Shown here: positions 28,338 through 32,000 of the stretch, piece by piece
Layout of the letters: every line of letters starts with the position of its first letter
How positions within the stretch are numbered: the first letter of the stretch is position 1
DNA from: an uncultured Opitutales bacterium
GTDB lineage: Bacteria > Verrucomicrobiota > Verrucomicrobiia > Opitutales > Intestinicryptomonadaceae
DNA: 32,000 nt
Direction: 5' to 3'
Assembly: GCA_934613415.1 (NCBI GenBank)
Contig: CAKTSY010000005.1
Location: 30,001 to 62,000, forward strand
The notes under the pieces: generated by a model
What the model was told of the DNA's origin: nothing
The model's database searches: none
Seen by the model: only the letters and a program-made list of their open reading frames with translations
Made by a program: the position numbers and the translations under genes

Positions 28338-30299
28338 ATGGACGAAAATTTTATATTAAAATCTAAATATGCGCCCGCGGGCGACCAGCCTAAGGCTATA
28401 GAAACTTTGTGCCAAAGCCTTAACGCAGGCAACAAATATACTACCCTTGTGGGCGTTACGGGGTCGGGCAAAACGTTTACAATGGCAAACGTAATAGCCA
28501 AGCTTAACAGGCCGGCAATCATAATTTCGCACAACAAAACTTTGGCGGCCCAGCTTTATTCGGAATTTAAGGAGTTTTTCCCCGACAATGCGGTCGAATA
28601 TTTTGTAAGCTACTACGACTACTACCAACCCGAAGCCTACATTCCGCAAACCGATACCTACATAGAAAAAGATTCGGCCATAAACGACGAGATAGAAAAA
28701 CTGCGAATTTCGGCGGCTAGCTCGCTTGTAAGCAGGCGCGACGTTATTGTAATAGCCAGCGTTTCGTGCATATACGGCTTGGGCTCGCCCGAGGACTTCA
28801 AAAAAATGATGGTGCCCCTAAGAAAGGGCGTTTCGCTTAAAAGGAAGGATTTCCTTGAAAGCCTGGTCGGCATAAACTACACCAGAAACGACACCGTTTT
28901 AGAGCGCGGTTCATTCAGGGTTAAAGGCGACATTGTAGACGTTTTCCCCGCCTATTTAGAGTCGGCTTTAAGGGTTGAATTTTTCGGCAACGAAGTGGAT
29001 TCGCTAAAGGTTATAGACCCTCTTACAAGCTCGTTTATACGCAAGCTAGACAGGTTCGATTTGTATCCTGCAACGGCGTTTATTACCCCGCGCGAAAATA
29101 TAGAAAGAGCTGTTCCCGCAATAAGAGCCGAAATGCTAGAGCAGGAAGCGAAATTTGAACGCGAAAAAAAATTTATAGAAGCCCAGCGCATAAAAATGCG
29201 CACCGAACAAGACTTAGACATTTTGCTGGAAACGGGAACATGCTCGGGCATAGAAAACTATTCCAGACACTTGGGCAACAGAGCGGCAGGCTCGCGCCCT
29301 TGGTGCCTTTTAGACTTTTTGCCTAAAGACGCAATTTTGTTTATAGACGAAAGCCATGTAACGGCTTCGCAAATAAAGGCCGCCTATTTGGGAGATTTGT
29401 CGAGAAAACAAAAATTGGTGGAATACGGCTTTAGGCTGCCAAGCGCGCTAGACAACCGCCCCCTTAAGCAGGAGGAATTCGAAAAAGTTACGGGGCAAAC
29501 GGTGTTTGTTTCGGCAACCCCATCGGAATACGAGCTAAGCCAAAGCGCAGTTGTTGCCGAGCAGATTGTGCGCCCCACCGCCCTGCTCGACCCCGAAATG
29601 ATTATACGCCCCATAAAGGGACAGGTTGAAGACTGCGCTAATATGATAAGCGAATACGCAAAGCGCGGCGAAAGGGTTTTTGTTACAACCCTTACAAAGG
29701 CAATGAGCGAGGAGATTTCGCAATACCTTAGGGAAATAGGCATTAGGGTGGAATATCTGCACTCCGACATAGACACTATTGAACGCGTTGAAATTTTGCG
29801 AAGGCTAAGGCTTGGCGAGTTTGACGCGCTTGTGGGCGTAAACCTTTTGCGCGAAGGGCTAGACATTCCCGAAGTTTCGCTAGTATGTATTTTAGACGCC
29901 GACAAGGAGGGATTTTTAAGGAGTGCAACCAGCATAATACAAACGGCGGGCAGAGCCTCGCGCAACAAAGACGGCCTTGTTATTTTATATGCCGACACCA
30001 TAACAAAATCTATACGAGCCGCCCTAGATATTTGCGGCAGACGCCGAGCCCTGCAAAAAGAATATAACCTAAAGCACAACATAACGCCCAAAACGGTTTC
30101 GCGCAAAATAGAAGCTTCGCTTGTAAAAGCCGAAAGCAAAAAACCCAACGCCAAGCTAGAAAAAATGGGCGTAAGCGAAAAGGCAGCCCTTATAGAAGAG
30201 CTTAAAGCCGAAATGATGAAGGCAGCCCAAGAACTGAAATTCGAAAAGGCGGCCCTTATAAGAGACCAAATAAAGCTCATAAAAAAATCGCAAAAATAG
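28338..30299 (+). CDS. uvrB: excinuclease ABC subunit B
   Basis: 653 aa. Walker A GVTGSGKTFT, the beta-hairpin region YYDYYQPEAY, DESH, QTAGRASRN and a C-terminal UVR motif (ELKFEKAALIRDQIKLIKK) are present. It starts 6 nt after ogg. Confidence 0.97.
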   Translation: MDENFILKSKYAPAGDQPKAIETLCQSLNAGNKYTTLVGVTGSGKTFTMANVIAKLNRPAIIISHNKTLAAQLYSEFKEFFPDNAVEYFVSYYDYYQPEAYIPQTDTYIEKDSAINDEIEKLRISAASSLVSRRDVIVIASVSCIYGLGSPEDFKKMMVPLRKGVSLKRKDFLESLVGINYTRNDTVLERGSFRVKGDIVDVFPAYLESALRVEFFGNEVDSLKVIDPLTSSFIRKLDRFDLYPATAFITPRENIERAVPAIRAEMLEQEAKFEREKKFIEAQRIKMRTEQDLDILLETGTCSGIENYSRHLGNRAAGSRPWCLLDFLPKDAILFIDESHVTASQIKAAYLGDLSRKQKLVEYGFRLPSALDNRPLKQEEFEKVTGQTVFVSATPSEYELSQSAVVAEQIVRPTALLDPEMIIRPIKGQVEDCANMISEYAKRGERVFVTTLTKAMSEEISQYLREIGIRVEYLHSDIDTIERVEILRRLRLGEFDALVGVNLLREGLDIPEVSLVCILDADKEGFLRSATSIIQTAGRASRNKDGLVILYADTITKSIRAALDICGRRRALQKEYNLKHNITPKTVSRKIEASLVKAESKKPNAKLEKMGVSEKAALIEELKAEMMKAAQELKFEKAALIRDQIKLIKKSQK

Positions 30300-30303
30300 T
30301 TCT

Positions 30304-30331
30304 TGATTTTTAAAAGAAAATCATCTTTTTT
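30304..30331 (+). terminator. weak AT-rich terminator-like hairpin directly after uvrB
   Basis: TGATTTT (30304-30310) pairs with AAAATCA (30317-30323), with a 6-nt loop, followed by TCTTTTTT. The stem is only 7 bp and almost all A-T, so termination efficiency is doubtful. Confidence 0.35.
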
Positions 30332-30484
30332 ATCTGTAAATGGAAAAAACAGCGCACAGCATTAAACAGGAACGACAGACAACAAAGTTTGTTTCGCCCT
30401 TCTTTTTTGCCTACTACTATTACTTCAAGAATTAACAAAAGGTTCTCGAACTTAGGCGCATTTTTACACCACAACAATTTTAAA

Positions 30485-30517
30485 AAGCTCGGGAACAAAA
30501 AAGCCCGGGCTTTTTTT
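30485..30517 (+). terminator. strong terminator-like hairpin 27 nt upstream of the aldolase start codon (terminator, attenuator or sRNA 3' end)
   Basis: AAGCTCGGG (30485-30493) pairs with CCCGGGCTT (30504-30512), giving a 9-bp stem with one G-U pair and a 10-nt A-rich loop. TTTTTTT follows (30511-30517). An A-run precedes it, so it is also partly symmetric. Confidence 0.6.
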
Positions 30518-30543
30518 ATATAAAGAAAAACATACAACAAAAA

Positions 30544-31542
30544 ATGAATACAAAAGCAAAAGCATCTATAGAACAAATCCAACAAAAATGGGTTGGATAT
30601 AGGGAAAACCTGAAAGTTCTCGACTGCACAATCCGCGACGGCGGCCTTATGAACGACAGCAATTTCGAAGACGCCATCGTTAAAGTCGTTTACGACACAA
30701 TATGCGCAGCAGGCGTAGACTATATGGAATTCGGCTACAAGAATTCCGATAAAATCTACTCGAAAGACAAGTACGGTGCATGGCGCTTTTGCAAGGAAGA
30801 CGACATCAAGCGAATTGTGGGCGACAAAGCCCCCAATTCGCCCAAGCTTTGCGCTATGGCAGACGCAGAAAAAAGCGAACGCAAAGACATTCTAAAAAAG
30901 AAGGATAGCCCGCTTGATATGATTAGGGTTGCAACCTACATCTACCAAGTGCCCTTGGCGTTGGAAATGATTAAAGACGCACAAGACAAAGGCTACGAAA
31001 CAACGGTAAACCTTATGGCGGTTTCTACCGTAAGGGAACAGGAGCTAGACGACGCCCTTCAGCTTTTGTGCGCAAGCAAGCCCAATGCGATATATTTGGT
31101 AGACAGCTTCGGATCGCTATACGGCGAACAGATTGCGTACCTTCTAAAGAAATACTCTAAATTTGCGAAGCAATACGGAGTTGAAGTTGGCATACATGCC
31201 CACAACAACTTACAGCTGGCGTTTGCAAACACAATAGAAGGCATTATTAGGGGTGCTACTTTGCTAGACGCAACAATTGCTGGATTGGGCCGCGGGGCAG
31301 GCAACTGCCCGTTGGAAGCCCTGCTCGGTTTCCTTCATAACCCAAAATACAACATTCGCCCCGTGCTTGAATGTATAGAAAAACACATAGAGCCTTTAAG
31401 AAAGAAACTTGGCTGGGGCTACGACTACCCGTATATGATTACTGGGTTGTTAAACCGCCACCCGAGAGACGCTATGAAACTTTGCGAAACAGGACATCGC
31501 CATGAAATTGTAGATTTCTACGACTCAATGACAAGCCAATAG
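30544..31542 (+). CDS. HMGL-like (DRE-TIM) aldolase / pyruvate carboxyltransferase-domain protein, 4-hydroxy-2-oxovalerate-aldolase-like
   Basis: 332 aa. The DRE-TIM signature is LDCTIRDGG. VDSFGSLY, the metal-binding GIHAHNNLQLAFANT and AGLGRGAGNCPLE are also present. There is no adjacent acylating dehydrogenase or carboxylase subunit. Confidence 0.75.
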   Translation: MNTKAKASIEQIQQKWVGYRENLKVLDCTIRDGGLMNDSNFEDAIVKVVYDTICAAGVDYMEFGYKNSDKIYSKDKYGAWRFCKEDDIKRIVGDKAPNSPKLCAMADAEKSERKDILKKKDSPLDMIRVATYIYQVPLALEMIKDAQDKGYETTVNLMAVSTVREQELDDALQLLCASKPNAIYLVDSFGSLYGEQIAYLLKKYSKFAKQYGVEVGIHAHNNLQLAFANTIEGIIRGATLLDATIAGLGRGAGNCPLEALLGFLHNPKYNIRPVLECIEKHIEPLRKKLGWGYDYPYMITGLLNRHPRDAMKLCETGHRHEIVDFYDSMTSQ

Positions 31543-31550
31543 CAAACACA

Positions 31551-31576
31551 AAGCCCCGCAATTGCGGGGCTTTTTT
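31551..31576 (+). terminator. rho-independent terminator of the aldolase gene
   Basis: The perfect palindrome AAGCCCCGC-AATT-GCGGGGCTT (31551-31572) is followed by a T-run to 31576. It starts 9 nt after the stop codon. Confidence 0.85.
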
Positions 31577-31601
31577 GCGCATAAAACAAAATTCTTTTAC
31601 T

Positions 31602-32000
31602 CTACTTTGCCAAACGCACATTATACATTTTTTCGCCTATTTGCTTAAAGACATATGTCAATTCGTTTTTCGGCGCATCGCAAATATCCACCAAGCCTAT
31701 GTTGTAGTTTTCGCCGTCGCTTCTGCCGCTAACGGGCTCGTTTGCGTATTGAAACCAGTGCGCCCCCACAATTTGAGGGTTTTTAACCGCACAACTTAGA
31801 TAGTTTTCCAGCATTTTTGCGCAGTCTGCCAACGAAGCTCCTTCTACCAACCCGCCGCCAAAAACCCCGCAGTCGGCGGAACCAAAATGAAATTCGCCGA
31901 TAATTACGGGCTTGTCGGGGCAGTCTTTCGGCAACGCAAAATCCGCCACACTTTTGCGGTATAAATTAAAGCTTACAACGTCGCAATATTTTGCGGCCGA
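31602..32000 (-). CDS. glycoside hydrolase, C-terminal fragment (GH50/GH42-like TIM-barrel end); the gene continues beyond the right window edge
   Basis: Track ORF 31602..31949 starts at a GTG. My reading shows the frame stays open upstream to position 32000 (SAAKYCDVVSFNLYRKS-VADFALPK...), so this is the 3' part of a larger gene. The motifs IIGEFHFGSADCGVFGGGL and VGAHWFQYANEPVSGRSDGENYNIGLVD resemble the C-terminal strands of GH50-type (agarase-like) / GH42-like hydrolases. The family call is from memory only. Confidence 0.6.
   Translation of the reverse strand, partial: SAAKYCDVVSFNLYRKSVADFALPKDCPDKPVIIGEFHFGSADCGVFGGGLVEGASLADCAKMLENYLSCAVKNPQIVGAHWFQYANEPVSGRSDGENYNIGLVDICDAPKNELTYVFKQIGEKMYNVRLAK

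Noticed and set aside
29384-30280. A 298-aa open reading frame lies antisense to uvrB. Similar long antisense ORFs occur at 2859-3491, 4739-5365, 8992-9576, 13837-14400, 20020-20526 and 21626-22123.
   Set aside because: Each lies wholly inside, and opposite to, a gene with strong family motifs. Their products are Ser/Ala/Arg/Leu/Cys-rich low-complexity strings typical of shadow frames, where codon bias on the sense strand depletes stops. None has an independent start context.
30497-30517. The perfectly symmetric AAAAAAGCCCGGGCTTTTTTT contains a SmaI/XmaI site, which could in principle be an engineered or insertion scar.
   Set aside because: There are no flanking direct repeats, vector-like sequence or disrupted gene. 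The sequence is better explained as the 3' arm and T-run of the hairpin formed with AAGCTCGGG at 30485-30493.
30310-30585. A 91-aa minus-strand ORF spans the uvrB-aldolase spacer and the first codons of the aldolase gene.
   Set aside because: It is Phe/Leu/Cys/Lys-rich translation of AT-rich spacer, overlaps a well-supported gene start and contains the terminator hairpin, so it is not credible as a gene.
1-32000. GCAAAA / TTTTGC hexamers are strikingly frequent throughout the window.
   Set aside because: Orientation follows the coding strand: GCAAAA in the sense of + genes, TTTTGC over - genes. The pattern matches codon-pair usage (xGC-AAA, GCA-AAA; Gly/Ala followed by Lys). It is a codon-bias effect, not a dispersed repeat or uptake sequence as far as I can tell without counting genome-wide.
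1-32000. I searched by eye for CRISPR repeats, tRNA/rRNA genes, IS elements, integrases, toxin-antitoxin pairs, reverse transcriptases and known defence-system genes.
   Set aside because: None was found. All intergenic regions are 305 nt or shorter and contain only promoters and terminator hairpins. No regularly spaced direct repeats and no recombinase- or nuclease-like ORFs were seen.

Overview
The window is a gene-dense bacterial chromosomal segment, roughly mid-40s % GC by eye. It carries about 24 protein-coding genes and several clear rho-independent terminators. I found no rRNA, tRNA, CRISPR array, transposase, integrase or prophage signature. Most of the content is recognisable housekeeping or carbohydrate-foraging. 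On the + strand are hrpB-type DEAH helicase, GTP-dependent PEP carboxykinase, an ACS-family MFS transporter, an exported glycoside-hydrolase-like protein, an M3 oligopeptidase, a U32-family protein, a small lipoprotein, ogg, uvrB and an HMGL-like (DRE-TIM) aldolase. A tightly packed 10-gene minus-strand string spans 21075 down to 10295, and only its last gene is followed by a terminator. It encodes a long divergent PurA-family enzyme, mcsA, mcsB, an exported orphan protein, a PEGA lipoprotein, a stand-alone TrpB2-type PLP enzyme, a NitT/TauT-type ABC importer (SBP, ATPase, permease) and a SASA-type sialate O-acetylesterase. An 865-aa exported hydrolase-like gene follows that terminator. Many start codons lack an obvious Shine-Dalgarno sequence. 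That, the exported CAZyme-like proteins and mcsAB in an apparently Gram-negative-style (lipoprotein-rich) genome loosely suggest a PVC or FCB-type lineage, but I cannot establish this from sequence alone. I see no defence island or mobile element. Three places seem most worth a second look. The first is the non-canonical mcsA-mcsB neighbourhood (PurA-like upstream, exported orphan overlapping downstream, no ctsR or clpC in the window). The second is the TrpB2 plus ABC importer operon. The third is the 244-nt uvrB-aldolase spacer, which holds a strong terminator-like hairpin only 27 nt before the next start codon. All functional calls rest on motif recognition by eye, and no database search was run.
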